Shown here: piece by piece, positions 1-14,977 of the stretch
Numbering within the stretch: position 1 is the first letter of the stretch
Layout: each line of letters starts with the position of its first letter
Assembly: GCF_026210795.1 (NCBI RefSeq)
Contig: NC_089433.1
Location: 2,108,001 to 2,172,000, forward strand
Length of the DNA: 64,000 bases
Direction: 5' to 3'
DNA from: Rhizophagus irregularis
Taxonomy: Eukaryota
Position numbers and translations under genes: made by a program
The notes under the pieces: generated by a model
What the model was told of the DNA's origin: nothing
Database searches by the model: none
Seen by the model: only the letters and a program-made list of their open reading frames with translations

Positions 1-112
1 TAGATGTAAAATTAGCAGAATGTAATATTAATACTACTAGTCTAAAATATTCTATATGACTAATATATTATGATAGTTAATTAAATTTTATATAAGAATT
101 TTAATAAGAATT

Positions 113-2055
113 TTATTTGACATTATGGATCCCTTCAACCGATTTTAGTTTCTTTCTTGAATGGTGTCCAATATCATCATCATCATCATTTTCTCTATAT
201 TTCTTTAACTCCCCGGTTATAATCGATAACATCGATCCTTTGTATCCAGATCTCGTCCATCGAGATGCGTTTAATGGAGCAGTTTCCTCTCCCGGAGCAT
301 ACTGAGAATTATCGAAAACTCGTTTTCGTCTTCTTTTATCAACTGTTTGCTGATAAAATAATACGTCCAAATAGTCTCTTAAAAACATTCACAACTAAAA
401 AATACAATCGGATTACTAAAGTAGCTAATATAATGTACAATTTGCGAAAATTATTTACTTACGCAATCGCTTCTCCACTTGATATCTCGTATTACAATAC
501 GATTTTCATTTGAATCATTGTCCGAATTAACTTCAGACTCCTCCGGACTATGATACGCATTTTCTAACATGATTGGATTGAGTTCCGATTTCTTTAACTT
601 TGAGACAATTGGATTGTCTAATAGTTGTAAATGTCTGACCATGTTCGTTCGTCTTATTCGTTTCTATTCTCTCAATTTTAATGGCTAATTAGCTAATGTT
701 TCATAAATAAACTCAATTAATATAATATTACCTCGCTTCAGCGTAAATTGCCATGTTTTCTTTTGGTTTCTTCAGTTCGCTCAGATTCAGATTTCTCTTT
801 TTTTAATAAATCTTCTCTCTGATGGTGGTGGCGCTGATGAATCATTTCGTATAGCACGCCTTCGCTAACCAGATACGCGTTGGTATCTAACACTTTGAAT
901 AGAGCGGGAATGATTATTTTCGTTACCAGATCCTTCTGCGACTCGAAAGTTTTATTGATGTCGAGTTGACTGCCTGTAGGCATTCGTTTGATATTCCATT
1001 TTACTTCTCGCTAAATATTTATTTGTGTTAGTTTCATGCATTTAAATAAATTCGAAATTAAATAATTACTTACACGCAAGTTATCTTTCGTATCTTTTGG
1101 TAATTCTGTTAAACTGTGATAAGTTACTTTCCTGGGAGCAGCTGGACTAGAATCAGTTTCCAATCCGCTAGTTCTCTCTGAACTTGAATTTGACCGAGAA
1201 TCTGATCGAGAAGTTGATTGTTTTCGTTTTCTTTGCTTCTGGACTTCTTAGATTTGGATTTCTTTTTGCTATTCTTGCTATTTTTTTTTGGTTGGTGGCT
1301 TTCATCATCGGAAGAAACGACCTCAGTAGATTTGTTAGAAGCTTTAATGGAAGATGATTTCTTAGACTTCTCGGGCATCTTGGATTTCTTTTTACTTGGT
1401 TGATGATTTTTTTTACCGCTTTCATCATCAGAAGAAACAAATCCGGTGGGTTTTTTCCTAAAATCTTTAATAAATAATGATGATGATGTATCCTGGAGTT
1501 TGGCGCTCGATTCTGGTACCTTTGATGTTTGCTCTTTACCGCTCTCATCATCAGAAGAAACAAATCCGGTGGGTTTTTTCCTAAAATCTTTAATAAATAA
1601 TGATGATGATGTATCCTGGAGTTTAGCACTCGATTCTGGTACCTTTGATGTTTGCTCTTTACCGCTCTCATCATCAGAAGAAACAAATCCGGTGGGTTTG
1701 TTGGAAGCTTTAACAAATAATGATGATGTATCCTGGAGTTTAGTATTTAATTTGATATCTTTGATGTTTGCTCTTTTTTACCGCTCTCATTACTATCAGA
1801 AGAAACAATTTCAGTGGGTTTGTTTGAAGCTATAATGGATGATAATGATGTATCCTGGAGTTTGGCGCTCGATTCTGATATCTTTGATGTTTGCTCTTTA
1901 CCGCTCTCATTACTATCAGAAGAAACAATTTCGGTAGGTATGTTGGAAGCTTTAATGGATGATGACGATGTATCCTGGAGTGTGGCACTCAATTCTGACA
2001 TCTTAGTTTGATTATCTTCATCATATTTCCTCAAACATTCTAGCAAATATGTCAA
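113..2055 (-). pseudogene. Fragmented Ser/Lys/Glu-rich repetitive gene divergent from the CACTA transposase (probable accessory ORF of that element)
   Basis: Successive minus-strand ORFs 1747-2055, 1124-1378, 738-983, 451-642 and 113-388, separated by frameshifts or AT-rich intron-like gaps; built partly from the ~120-bp repeat. Confidence 0.45.
1417..1990. repeat. Tandem repeat, ~120-bp unit, ~5 diverging copies
   Basis: Recurrent 'tcatcagaagaaacaaatccggtggg...gatgatgtatcctggagtttggcgctcgattctg' at ~120-bp spacing. Confidence 0.9.
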
Positions 2056-2124
2056 CCGATTGCTTTCACTAGTAGAAATTTTTGAATTTTTTTCTTAAAT
2101 GAAAAATTGGTAAATAGTTAGTTC

Positions 2125-2363
2125 GTTAAATAGTTTCATATCGTTAACGAATAGACGATAAAATTGTTAAGGTTTCGTTAAATACTCAGATAATCGTTAA
2201 CAAACAGACGAAAAAGCGTTAAATAGTTTCATATCGTTAACAAATAGATGATAAAATTGTTGAGGTTTCGTTAAATACTCAGATAATCGTTAACAAACAG
2301 ACGAAAAAGCGTTAAATAGTTTCATATCGTTAACAAATAGATGATATAATTGTTGAGGTTTCG
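2125..2363. repeat. Tandem repeat, ~93-bp unit, ~2.5 copies
   Basis: 'gttaaatagtttcatatcgttaac' recurs near 2125, 2218 and 2311. Confidence 0.85.
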
Positions 2364-2919
2364 TCATTATACATAAATATGTTACACAGTACAGAATGTA
2401 ACCGATTGGAATGAAGCTTACCAATTTCGTAGGCATGCTCCAATTCAGGGGGCAAAACCAAATGGAATGGACCATTCTCCCTTTCATTGGTATGACTTTG
2501 AGTGCGACTTTTGGTATTTGATCTGGTACGGCTTCTGCCAGTTCGATGATGTGATCTGGTTCAGCTTCTGCTGGTTCGATGACTTTTAGTATGTGATCTG
2601 GTACGGCTTCTGCCAGTTCGATGATGTGATTTGGTTCGGCTTCTGCTAGTTCAACGACTTTTAGTATGTGATCTGGTATGGCTTCTACCTGACCTATCAC
2701 TTTTATGACTTTGTTCCATAATAAAAGATTATTGTAAAAGAATTATTATTGTACCAAAAATTAACAAACGAGAAAAAGGGAGAATTTTTTTTTTAAGAAA
2801 AAATGGCCTTTTTATGTCTATTTTTTTGATCAGTTTTTATTTTGATCAATTTAATTACTCCGGATATACTATTAAGCTAACTTATACTATTAAACTATTT
2901 AACTTATACAATTAAACTA

Positions 2920-3190
2920 TTTTCCAAACAAATCGAGTGATATAATCTAATATTATACTAAACTTTGCCAATTTCAAAAAAAATGGAATAATTAATCCAA
3001 TACTATACTGAATTTTGCTTAATTTTCCAAACAAATCGAGTGATATAATCCAATACTATACTAAATTTTGCTTAATTTTCCAAACAAATCGAGTGATATA
3101 ATCCAATACTATACTGAATTTTGCTTAATTTTCCAAACAAATCGAATGATATAATCCAATACTATACTGAATTTTGCTTAATTTTGAATA
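2920..3190. repeat. Tandem repeat, ~53-bp unit, upstream of the transposase
   Basis: 'ttttccaaacaaatcgagtgatataatccaatactatactgaattttgcttaa' repeated 4-5 times. Confidence 0.9.
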
Positions 3191-3375
3191 AATCGGAATA
3201 ATTAATCTAATACTATACTAAATTTACTTAATTAATATGAATTTTATACCGATTGATTAACGTAACAGTGAACTTTCAGTATTAAGAAAAATTATTGAGT
3301 CAATTCCGATATAACGTGTACCGATTCTATCTTGAATAATAAGTTATAATCTGATATATTGCAATTGATAATAAT

Positions 3376-6300
3376 ATGCCACCAAAACCTGCAATCAAAC
3401 CCAGAAAAAAAGTCTCGTGTCATTGTGATGAATTTAACGGAAAATTAGTTGATCCAAGAACAAAAGTAAAACACGAGGCTGAATATGAGCAGATGAATCG
3501 TTCATCAAGATCTACAAAGGTCAGTAAATCAGTATCAAAGCGAGTTCAAATAGACAATAATGATGATGAAACTTCAAACGCATCCTCAAGTTCATCGGGT
3601 TCATCAAGTTCATCAACATCTGAATCGCAAGAACCAATTCACATCCCGACTAAACGAGAAAGAAAAGAGAAATTTAAAGCAGTGGAATCGGCTGTTAATG
3701 ATGTATTGATTGATGAACTTGATAACGAAGATACTGGCTTCAGCTCACCGATTGATGACGACCAAAGTGAAGACTTGAATGATGAAACTTCTGATGATGA
3801 ATGATTCGCTGCTCCTGAATTAGAGGATTTTGGCGATGATGAAGATTTCATGTGTGCTGATTCAGATGTAGAATTTTCTGAATCTTGGATACTTATATGG
3901 ATATTTAAGTATCAATCAAGATTCCGTCATTCCGAAGTTTCCATATCTTCCTTGATTGGATTCTTTAGCCAAGTATTGAAAGATGCTGATCCAAAAAGAT
4001 TTGCTAATTTCCCATCCTCATCCTATTCTGCAAAGAAATTGCTACGCATTGACAAGGCAACAAAAACATATGCTGTGTGCCCGAAATGTAACAATCTGTA
4101 TAAAATTGGGGAAATTTTAGGACAAAATGAACAAGTAACGGAAGCGTTACCAGGACTCAAGTGTAGTCGAGTTGAGTTTCCTAAACATCCGATGAAAAAG
4201 TATAGGGAGGTTTGCGGAGAGGAATTGCTAAAGAACATTCCAGTAAATAATGGTTATATAAAGCGTCCTCGCATAGTATTCTCTATGCCAGATTTAAAAA
4301 CACAAATTTTTACTATGTATCAACGTCCTAATTTCGAACAAAATTTAGCAAAATGGGCAAATCAGCATGTTAACGGAGATATATTAGCAGACATTTATGA
4401 TGGAGAGGTTTGGAAAACATTCAAGTCAGATGATACCTTATTTTTTACGCCCGAACTCGCTGATTCCAATCTAGGAATAATGATTAACCTCGATTGGTTT
4501 CAACCTTTCGATCAAACAATATATAGCACGGGTGTGATTTATGGGGTAATATGCAATCTTCCTCGTGAAATCCGATTTAGACAGGAGAATATGCTAATCC
4601 TAGGACTACTTCCAGGACTGCACGAAGTACATGCAGATAACATAAATCATTTTTTATCGCCAATTGTTATGGAATTACTCGAATTTTGGACAGGAGTTAT
4701 TATAAAAACGCCGAATAATCCAACTGGCAAAACAGTACGAATGGCAATTATCTGTTGCAGTAGCGATATTCCTGCTGCAAGAAAATTATGCGGCCATATA
4801 TCAGCGTTGGCAGCTTGTCATCGGTGCTACAAACGAGCTAACAATGGTAATTTTGGTAATTTCGATGATATGACTGATTGGTTTAAACCAAGGGATTTAG
4901 AAGATTTCCGACAAAATGCTATTGCATGGCGTAATTGCAAAACAAAAGATGAAAGAAATCAGCATGTTTCAAATAATCTTGTTGGGTGGACAGAATTGTT
5001 AAGATTACCCTACTTCAATCCAATCAGACATTGCGTCGTAGACCCAATGCATAATTTATTTCTCGGAATTGCCAGCTGGATTGTAAAACGTTTATGGATT
5101 GATGGAGGAAAAATATCTAAGGACGATCTTAAAATTATGGAAAAACGAGCGGAAGCTATTAAACTGCCAGCCGACATGGGTCGAATTCCAAATAAAATAT
5201 CGACAGGGGAAGGTTTTTCTGGATTCACTGCTGATCAGTGGAAAACCTTCATTTTGGTGTATTCAACACCAATAATGTGGGATTTGCTATCAGTGAATGA
5301 TCGTGAAATTTTAGGAAATTTCGTAAGAACCTGTTCCTTGTTGGTTTGCCGAATCATTAATACCAATGAAATAAATGAGGCCCATAACAGATTGCTCAAA
5401 ATTGGTCAACTCATTGAAAAACATTATGGTGAAAATTTAATTACACCAAATATACACCTTTCTTTGCATATAGCCGAATGCTGTCGTGACTATGGTCCAA
5501 TATACTCTTTTTGGTGTTATTCGTTTGAACAAATGAATGGGATCTTAGGTAAATATTTTAACAATGAATGTCTCGGATTTTAATTAATATATCATAAATT
5601 TGCCCTTTAGGTTCCTATCCCAATTCAAAACGATATATTGAACCGGAATTGCTAAGAATTATTGTGCAGAATTGCAGAATCAATGATCTTATATCTATTC
5701 AATCGGGCAACCAGAAGCTTGTTAATGGTCTTAAGTTAATTGAACCTCGGCAAACAACTGGTTCATTAGCGGCATATGATGACCTCAGATCATAAAAATT
5801 GGTGCAGTTCAAACGGATTTTCTGCAGCGAATTAGAAGATACGATCACTGGCAGTGAAATTTATCCGGGCAATTTATTAAGTCCAATTAAAAACCGTGTT
5901 GATTTACCCGACAATTTGTATGAACAGTTGATTACTTATTATAATGAAGTTTATGGTGAAAAGATGGATGTTGAATTCGGCTCCATGTCAAATCTGATCA
6001 GTCGAGGTTTACAGAATGATTCGTATGTAGTTGTTCAACCAATAATTAATCAATGCGGAAGAATTCGAGTGGCAGCTGAAATTTTTGGAGCGCGACCTCG
6101 ATATAAGAAAAATTCTTATATTTTAGCAAAATTTACCCAAGATAACGAATCGATAGAATTATACCCAGGAATGGTGCAATTTTATTTCGAGCATGTATTG
6201 CGACTTCCAACTATTGGTGAAAGAACGCACAAACTTGCTTACGTCAAATAGTACCTACCGGTTAATGATCATCGAATTAGATTTTACTGCCGAGCTGAAC

Positions 6301-6446
6301 AGGACGATGACCGCAGTGTTAATATTGAACTCTGGAAACTTAATGAATTTTATGAAATGTCTCGTGATAGTATAATTCCAATTCATAATATTTATAGCCG
6401 GTTTATTCCTACTAATTTTACAATCGGAACAAATAAGTTTTCTTGA
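3376..6446 (+). pseudogene. CACTA/EnSpm (CMC) superfamily transposase, disrupted
   Basis: Motifs IYDGEVW, NLDWFQPF, CNLPREIRF, SDIPAARKLCG, CHRC, DPMHNLFLG, FTADQW, YGPIYSFWCYSFE. The 3376 ORF is in frame with the 3850 ORF across a TGA at 3802. A GT-AG intron at 5549-5610 restores GSYPNSKRYIEPEL. Further stops lie downstream. Confidence 0.85.
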
Positions 6447-8099
6447 GCAACATAAAATTCATAAGCAATTTGTTCAATATTTTTTAGAAAAATTGAATAT
6501 GACAAGCAATGTTCCTAAAAGTTATCTTCAAAAATGGAAAATATTTGAAGAATAATTAGATGATATACAATTAAATTTACAAATAAAATGTCTTGTCAAA
6601 TTTGAAGAAGTATTTTATGAACCTATTTATCAGTTTTTAACTAATTATGATCCAGTACCTTGAATTTATAGTTCAGATGGATTGGAATGTCTTTCTTTTG
6701 GCAATTAGGCACATGAAATGCCTGATAATATGACACTAATGTGAATAGAAGAACTTCAAAATAATGTAGAAAACATCTTTGATCTTTTTGGTAAAGAATT
6801 ATATGCATGAGACAGAAAACTTCATGTCTTCAGATGATTTTAATAATTTATGTAAATCTTTACAAACTGGAGTTAAAAAGGCATTAGATGGATTTATAAA
6901 ATGGATGGGTGTTTGGATTCATTTGCCATTAAGCATTTGCAGTCTAGAAGGTAATTATGGATTAGAATATGCTAGTGCATTTTTACAAGTATTTTATTCT
7001 TATTCCAAATCATATTCTCTTACTTTGTAAGAATCATTATATATAAATATTTGTAGCAAAATATAATGGACTAAAATCAAAATACTTTCAGTTTACTTGA
7101 AGCATTGTTCAATCAAAATTTCTTTGACCAGTTTAATAACTTTGCAAATTCAGATGGACAAGAACCATGAAAATTTTCATTAGTTTATGAATTTATAAAA
7201 TGTCAAATTTACAGCATTGTAAATTTGTAATCCACTAACAACAACTCAAAGGTTTATTTAATTGCTATAATATTAAAATACACCTGAATATGGGTATAGA
7301 ACTTTAACAAGTACGAATCCAAATTTCTGGTATTAACAATAGAATTGAAAAAGTAACTCAAGATGAACTTCATCATATTCAGAAAGAAATAAGAAATTCT
7401 AATAAAAGAAATAATTCTTTAGAAAGAATGCACAAAATATCTTAAATACTTTCTTAGTTTGGCGTAAAAAATAAATTTGCAAATATTAAATATAACTAAA
7501 ATTTGCTTTTCTAATTAAATAAAAACACGTTCAAAGAATTATATTCAATAAGGTTAAAAGTAATAAAAATTTGTCAGATCACAAGAAATAAAATTTTCAC
7601 AAAAGTAATTTTTAGCAGTATTAAATTTATTAGTAAAAAAAATTTTGAAATTTTATCACGAAAAATCTTCACTAATGATTTTTATTACGCAGCTACTAAT
7701 ATATTTATGGTTAGCTTGATATTAAATACTCACTTCATATGAAAAAATTATAAATGTTTGGTAAATTTGCATCATTGCTTTATTGATCAAATTACTTGAA
7801 ATATTTACATTGCTTATAAATTCCTTCTGCAACCTTCTTACACCTTTTGCAATATAGATGTGAGTAATGATCAAATTCCTTATATACCTTATATCTATGC
7901 TTTCATCTCCTAAATATATACCATTTTTTAAAGTAGTTCTACTTTAGCAAAACGTCTTTCAGCTCCTTATAAGCTGCACTATTTTAATTATTTGGTAAGA
8001 AATTTGGCATGATATATATAGTTATAAAAATTATTGTATAACCAAAATTTCATTTACCTAATTTTGACATTCTGAATACTATGCATTTAGAATAATAAC

Positions 8100-9201
8100 T
8101 AGTGTTCTGAATGGGTTAGGTCAATTCAGATGACCCGTCAGGTTGACCTGAAAATTTTGGGTCAGGTTATCAAATTCATGACTTGACCTCAAGTCAGATC
8201 ACAGTTTGACCCAACCTGTTAACCTGTTTGACCTGACATAATATTTCTAGTCAGATGGATCAAATATGTAACAAAAATGCTGAAAACATTTTTTTATTGC
8301 ATTACTATTAAGAAAAAATGTTTCAGCATTTTTTCATATAAAAAAATGCCAAAATGTTTTTTTTTGTATTAATTATATTATAAAAAAAACGTTTTAGCAT
8401 TTTTTCATATAAAATTACTAGAAAAAAATACCGAAACGTTTTTTTTGTATTAATTATTATAGAAAAAACATTTTGGCATTTTTCATATAAAATTATTAAA
8501 AAAAATGCCAAAACGTTTTTTTTTGCATTACTATTAAGAAAATCGTTTTGGCATTTTTTCATATAAAATTATTAAAAAAAACACTAAAACGTTTTTTTTG
8601 CATTATTATTAAGAAAAATGTTTTGACGTTTTTTCATATAAAATTTAAAAAAAAAATGCCAAAATGTTTTTTTTTATATTAATTATTAAGAAAAAACATT
8701 TTGGCATTTTTTCATGTAAATTATATTAAAAAAAATGCCAAAAACGTTTTTTTTTGTATTAGTTGTTAAGAAAAAATGTTTCGGTATTTTTTCATATAAA
8801 ATTATTAAAAAAAAATACCGAAAATGGCATTTTTTTATGTAAAATTATAAAAAAAAATGTCCAAAATATTTTTTTTGTATTAATTATTAAGAAAAAACGT
8901 TTCAGTATTTTTTCATATAATAAATATTAAAAAAATGCTGAAATATTACTTTTTTAACAGAAAAACATCAAGTTTAGCGTATTTTGTTTTTTTTTTAACT
9001 AAAAAACGTCAGATTTAACATTTTTCATTAAAAAAAAAACTTTTCTTTAACTAAAAACATCGGGTTTGATATTTTCAATTAAAAACCTTGGTTTTTTTAT
9101 TTTTTTAATCATTTTTGATACACAGGTTAAACAGGTTAATGGGTTAGGTCGGGTAAGACAGGTTACCTGACTCGACCTGACCTGATCTATTTGGAATACT
9201 A
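8100..9201. mobile_element. Non-autonomous hAT-type element with an internal AT-rich tandem array
   Basis: 8-bp TSD ATAATAAC (8092-8099 / 9202-9209); imperfect TIRs TAGTGTTCTGAATGGGTTAGGTC vs TAGTATTCCAAATAGATCAGGTC; subterminal GACCTGA motifs. Confidence 0.75.
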
Positions 9202-9599
9202 ATAATAACTGCACATTTTTTTAAGTGATTATACTTCTCTACGAATTAAAACTTAGAATGCTAAAATATTATGGCATAGATGCTGAAACTGAATTAACGT
9301 AACTGTAATTATTTTTATAGGCGTAATGTAATTTGATGGACATATGTATTATAACAGACGTATTGCATTATGATAGATGTATTATATTTTAACAGATATA
9401 TTGTATTTTAACAAGAGAAAATTTATATTCCGCCCCCCGTGATTTCTTTAAACATCACTTTATGGGTGCGAAACCAATAAATATCATCTTATAAAAAAAT
9501 ATATTCCGGTGATGCAATAAAATATCACTTTATTAAAATTATTAAAATTTATACATATTATTAAAGATTTTATTATACAAGATAATTAATTGCTTACAC

Positions 9600-12412
9600 G
9601 TTCCTTAAGTTTGTTATTTTTATGATATGCTGCATTATGACCAGCCTGACCACATATACGACATTTATAAGTATTTCAGCTTGAAGATCCACCATTTGCA
9701 TTACGATCACTTTTTTCAATTTTAACACTACTTTTGAACTGTTTTGTTAGAGGCCGACCTTTTGTTTTTATTTTTAATAGATTTTGAATGTTTTTAAGTT
9801 CATGATGTTCATATTCTTCATTATTAATTGGTGTATTATTATCTGATTGCTCTTCTTGAATGTTATCATCATTATTTATCAAATTTAATCCTCTTTGTCT
9901 TTTTCTCTTATTAATATATTCTTTTAATAGAACTTCCATTTCATTGTCATTAGATTCCAAAGCAAGTAAAGTAGCTTCCCGAGCCATTCCCCATAACCTC
10001 CCATATTTTGTCTTTTTATCAATAGCTTTCTTTAAAATTGAAGCACATTTTGGAATAGTGATTTCTTTGCGTAATAGAAGAATATTATCTGAATCAGTAT
10101 TATTAATAGTTTCTTTTTCATATGCGAACACTAAATTATTTTCTTGAGATAAGTCCATTCCTTGATAAGCATCTTGATACCATCTTTCTGGGATCATTAA
10201 AATATGAAAACCTGCAATTTTTGAAGACATCATTATGTGAAAATAATGACAGCAAATAACCCCCTTTGAAATTGTAGTTAAACATGAACATAAAAAAGAG
10301 ATTTCATTAGAAATTGCAATGTAATGAAAAAACGTCTCTTTTCAGGTCAGATATCACAAATTTTCCAGATCTCCTTAATATCCTCTTTACCAATCTCATC
10401 AATAATTGATTGTAATTTAATCATCTGTACATTATAGTTATCTTCAATAAACCCGACATGTTCTTCCATTTTCTAAAAAAAAAAAAGAAATATGATTAAT
10501 GCATTATGAACTATAACAAATAAAACCTTAACATTCACCATAATCCAAACCCTAATCCTAATCCTATCTAATCCTAATCCTAATCCTAACCCTAATCCTA
10601 ATCCTAATCCTAATCTAAATTCTAACTTTTTAATTCCAACTCCTAACTCTAAAAATTACTTACTTGATCTTGAATAAAATCTACTTCAGAAAAAGAAATT
10701 ATGGTTACTTGAAGATATAATAAACATTGTAACATTTCTTCTTTAATAGTAGTTGCTATATTTATTGTTAAATACTTTTCTAATATCTCAGTTATTGAAG
10801 GAAAAAGATCATCTCCCGTTGATAATAAAATTGAATTTGTAGTTGCAGATCGATATTCATAAAATCTCTTCCATTGAAGTTCTGAAGTAAGCCTTTCAGA
10901 TAAACTATCAACAAGATGACATAAGGTTGAATTGCTTCTGACTGTTTTTTTAATAATTGCATTCATTCCTTCAACTCGTGAAGTAGATTCAATATTAGCT
11001 GTAAATATTTTTCGCAAGTAACAGCGTGCCCATGATTTCTTTGATGGCCATTAGTACTCTAAAAAGATAATCTTTAGCTAATGGGAATTTTTCTAGTAAA
11101 TCATTCCATCATGCAATAAATAAAGCTTCACAAAGACTATTACGACATTTGTAAAAGTTTTTAATAAAGTCACTATAATGGTCCCATTCACTCTCACTAA
11201 TAGGTTGAATGTTGTCCTAATTTGCCTTTCAAATTTTTTGGTAAATTCTGTCCAATATGGTATATACAATGTGCATGATAACTATTTGGAAATTGAACAG
11301 GTATAGTAGCATCTATAGCTGGGTCGGCATCAGTAAAAAATACTAGAGGTTATTTTTCAGTAGCTTGCAATACACATTGTAATATCCATTGGTAAGTTTC
11401 AAATGTTTCATCGCTAATAACAGCTTGTACAAGTAATCTTGTACGTCCATTATTATCCACACCAACAAATACACTTAAAGGCATACTATATATATTTGTT
11501 TTTGCCGTATTATCATTGATGATAATGTCATGATATTTAATTCAGAGTACTACTTGTTCAGGAGTCATCCAAAACAGATGGGTAAGCTGATTATCATTAT
11601 CAAGTTCAAATTTAACAAACAAAGGATCCTCCTGCTTCTTTTGGACAAGATTGATAAGAAGATCAGATGCATCATTATGCATATTACTACGATCAAGTGA
11701 CTTGAACTTTTGTATAGCATTTGACAAGTCCGAATCTGAACAATTCATTTTTGGAAATCTTGCTTTTAGAAGATTTCGTTGTAAAGTAATTGAAAGATTG
11801 CCATATCTGGTCATTATTTCAATTTTGTCTATCATTTCTTTTGTAAATTCTCTATATTTGCTATTAAATTCAAAAGCATCTGGTCTTAATTCATGATTAT
11901 GTTGATTTGCGAATAAACTAACAGTGATACAAGTAGCACGTTCTGGAAAAGTAAAATTTATATGCTAAGGACATTAACATTTTTTGGTTCTAGTATTCCG
12001 CTGTTTTCCTGCTTGCAAAGCAGATTCTGATTTTTTTGATTTAAATTTACCACTAAATTCACATACAAATGTCCTTTTTGTAATTAATTGCGTAGATCTG
12101 TTTTTTTCTATACGATATTTAGTTATTGCAAATCCATTACGTTGGCCATAGTCTTTTAGAAAATCTTCCACTTCTTCCCTAGGAAAGGAAAGTTGTATTA
12201 AAACTGATATTCTCACTAGCAATTTTCACTCGTGTTTCATCAGTATCTAGTTGATCTTGGATGTTATCAGGAATTTTATCATTAATATTTTCATCTTTAT
12301 CTTTACCAATAGTAATAACAGGATTATTGGAAATATCATCATCAGTGAGAATAGGGGTATTAGAAATGTCTTCAGACACGAAAAGTATGTTATGACGATG
12401 TAATAATTCCAT
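9600..12412 (-). pseudogene. Mutator/MULE (FAR1-like) transposase remnant
   Basis: FAR1-like N-domain (DYGQRNGFAI...KRTFVCEFSG), MULE core (NDNTAKTN...PLSVFVGVDNNGRTRL), STSRVEGMNA, SWIM-like CSC...ICCH and a C-terminal knuckle-like CRICGQAGH; many stops. Confidence 0.8.
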
Positions 12413-14977
12413 AACTAAAGAGAAAGTTACAGAAAGGTGAAAGTCTTACGTGAAATAAAGATGCTTACATGAAAAGAATAAGGTTTACAAAAAAAAGGTA
12501 AAAAGTTTAGTAAAAAGGAGAGTTTACATGGAAAAAAAGGTAAAAAAGAAAAAAGTTTTGTAAAAAGGAAAGTTTCGCAAGGAGTAAATAAATCAAATCA
12601 GTTTATTACATAATCACATCAGCGATTTAATTAGTAATCATCGCCTAATAATAATTTTTTGAGAGAGCGATGCATGATAAATTTCATATGGTAATACAAT
12701 ATATTTATTATAAAGCAGTATATAAAACTATCACACTCTGCGATATTTACATTTATTCTTTTAACAAAATGTATTATGAAAAATTTGAAAATTTTACAAA
12801 TTTATATAGCTGATAGCTTTTTATTATCAAAAAAATATTTATATTTAAAAATTAAAAATCTGTTCCTACTTCCTACTATAACTGATAATGTTAAACTCTG
12901 AAATCTACAAAATGAAAAGTTAAAGAATATTAGTAAACGTTCTTATATAAAAAACCAAAATCTGCTTCCTTCCATCCTCTTTAGAAACATTTATTCATTT
13001 CAAATTCTAAGTTTTAATCTAAAACTTACAAAAAGAGAAGTAAAAGAATATTAGTGAACGTTCTTAATATATAAAAGAAATAAATTCCGCTTTCTCCCTC
13101 CTTTAGAGATACTTACTTATATTTAAGTTCCAGTCTGAACCTTATAAAAGAAATTAAAAAATGTTAATAAATATTTTTACAAATCCTGCACCCCTCTCTT
13201 TTAAAAACATTCGCTACTTAGATGTCTTTAATGTTAAGTTTCAATTCAAAATCTACAAAAGTAAAGAACGTTAATATCATTCTTATATAATTCTACTCAC
13301 TTACTTACTCTTTATAAATATTTACCATATCAATTCCTACAAACTGGAATCTTTAAAAAATATTATAAACATTTTTAATAAAAAAAATAAATAAAAAATC
13401 AGTTTACTTAAAAACTGGAAAAAAGTAAAAACCAAAATAATATTAAAAAAATTCAGTTTAAAAAAACTGAAAAAGAAATAAAGAAAATAAATTTTGGTTT
13501 AAGAAACCAAAAAGAAAATAAAAAAATAAATAAAATTTTAGTTAAACCTGTATCTACTGTATAGAATTTCTAAATAATGCGTAGAATTTCTGTTTTTCTA
13601 AATAAAAATTTTTTTAAACAATTTTTTTTTATCTTTAAAAAAAAAGATTGATAAATAATAATTCGATCTCTAAAAAATTTTTAAATAATAATTGGATCCA
13701 ATCAAACCCAATCAAGTTTGATCACTAAATAATAATTCAATAAATCAGTAAAAATAAAATACAGCACTATATCAAAAAAAAGGCTAGTAATGCTAAAATT
13801 GTAATTAATTCGCAGCAAAGTATAAACTGACAAAATAAACAATATTCAGTTTTATTCAGTTTATTTTTAGTTTATATGGTAATTATTCATATTATTTTCA
13901 CGTAAAAAAAATAAATCGAATTTCAAATATTAACTACTTAATATTTTGTCAACAGTAGCTTCAACATCAAATACATTTGAACCATGGTTAATAACAGGTA
14001 ATAAATGTAGTTCAATAACTACATTTACTTCTATATTAAGTAATTTTTTTAATTCCAAATTATTTATATTGACCCATTTTTCGATTTCTGTAACATCTCT
14101 TTAATTAGGAATATTTGAATCACTATTACTCTTTTCTATACATGCCACCCAAATTATTTTGGACTGCCGTAATTATAAGTAAAATCCCAAATTCAATTAT
14201 GACATCCCAAATTATTTTGGCACTTTACATAGTAAATTATATATAAATTAAATGAATTACGACATTCCAAATTATAATTATGGCAATTATGGCATCCCAA
14301 AATAATTTGGGCAGCATGTATACTCTTTTCGTCATTATCGTTATCATTGTTATTGTCGTCATCATCATTGTTATCATTATTGTTATCATCATTATCATTA
14401 TTATTATTGTAATCATTATCCCCATCATTCCCATTACTATCATCACTATCATCAAAAAAAATCATTTCCTTCATCCTTGTCTAAACCATCACTTGCATTA
14501 GCTTTAGATAACGCTTCTCATATAGAAGATTGAAAATCGTTTTCTGATACACCTACATAAGCATACTTTAGTTCTTTTTGGGCATTTGTAATATAATATC
14601 TATAAAGCTTGACCATAGCTTCCAGTTTTTCAACTTTTAATTTAGATCTTCTTTGATTTGCAAACTATCCCAATACTGAAAAAACTCTCTTACATCTAGC
14701 ATTGTAAGGAGTTATTGCTAATATTTTTAATGCTAATTTTTGTATATAATTTTCTTCACTATGGACAGAATTGTATAAAATCCACCAAGTAAGAACATCA
14801 CCCCTACTTGCACTATATGGAATATTGTATTCTTTTTTTCTTAAATAAAAGGATTGGATCTGAAAAATCAAATCAGCAGAAGAAAGTTTATCACCACCCA
14901 TATTGATCCATATTTTCATGACCAAAATATACACATTACATAAAATAGTTGATTGTAAACTTATTTCTAAATTAATA

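Noticed and set aside
2920..3190. CRISPR-like array
   Set aside because: Contiguous tandem units with no unique spacers; eukaryotic context; no cas genes.
6450..8090. Degenerate coding-like sequence (ORF 6779-7030)
   Set aside because: Too decayed to assign from sequence alone.
8323..8562. 79-aa ORF
   Set aside because: Artefact of the AT-rich tandem array inside the MITE.
10545..10620. Telomere-like (CCTAAT)n tract
   Set aside because: The unit is mostly CCTAAT, not CCCTAA; it is short and sits inside the MULE remnant, so it is a microsatellite.
14193..14501. Low-complexity ORFs (poly-D/N, poly-I/M)
   Set aside because: Translations of a (TCA/TTA)n trinucleotide tract; at most the acidic tail of the decayed hAT transposase.
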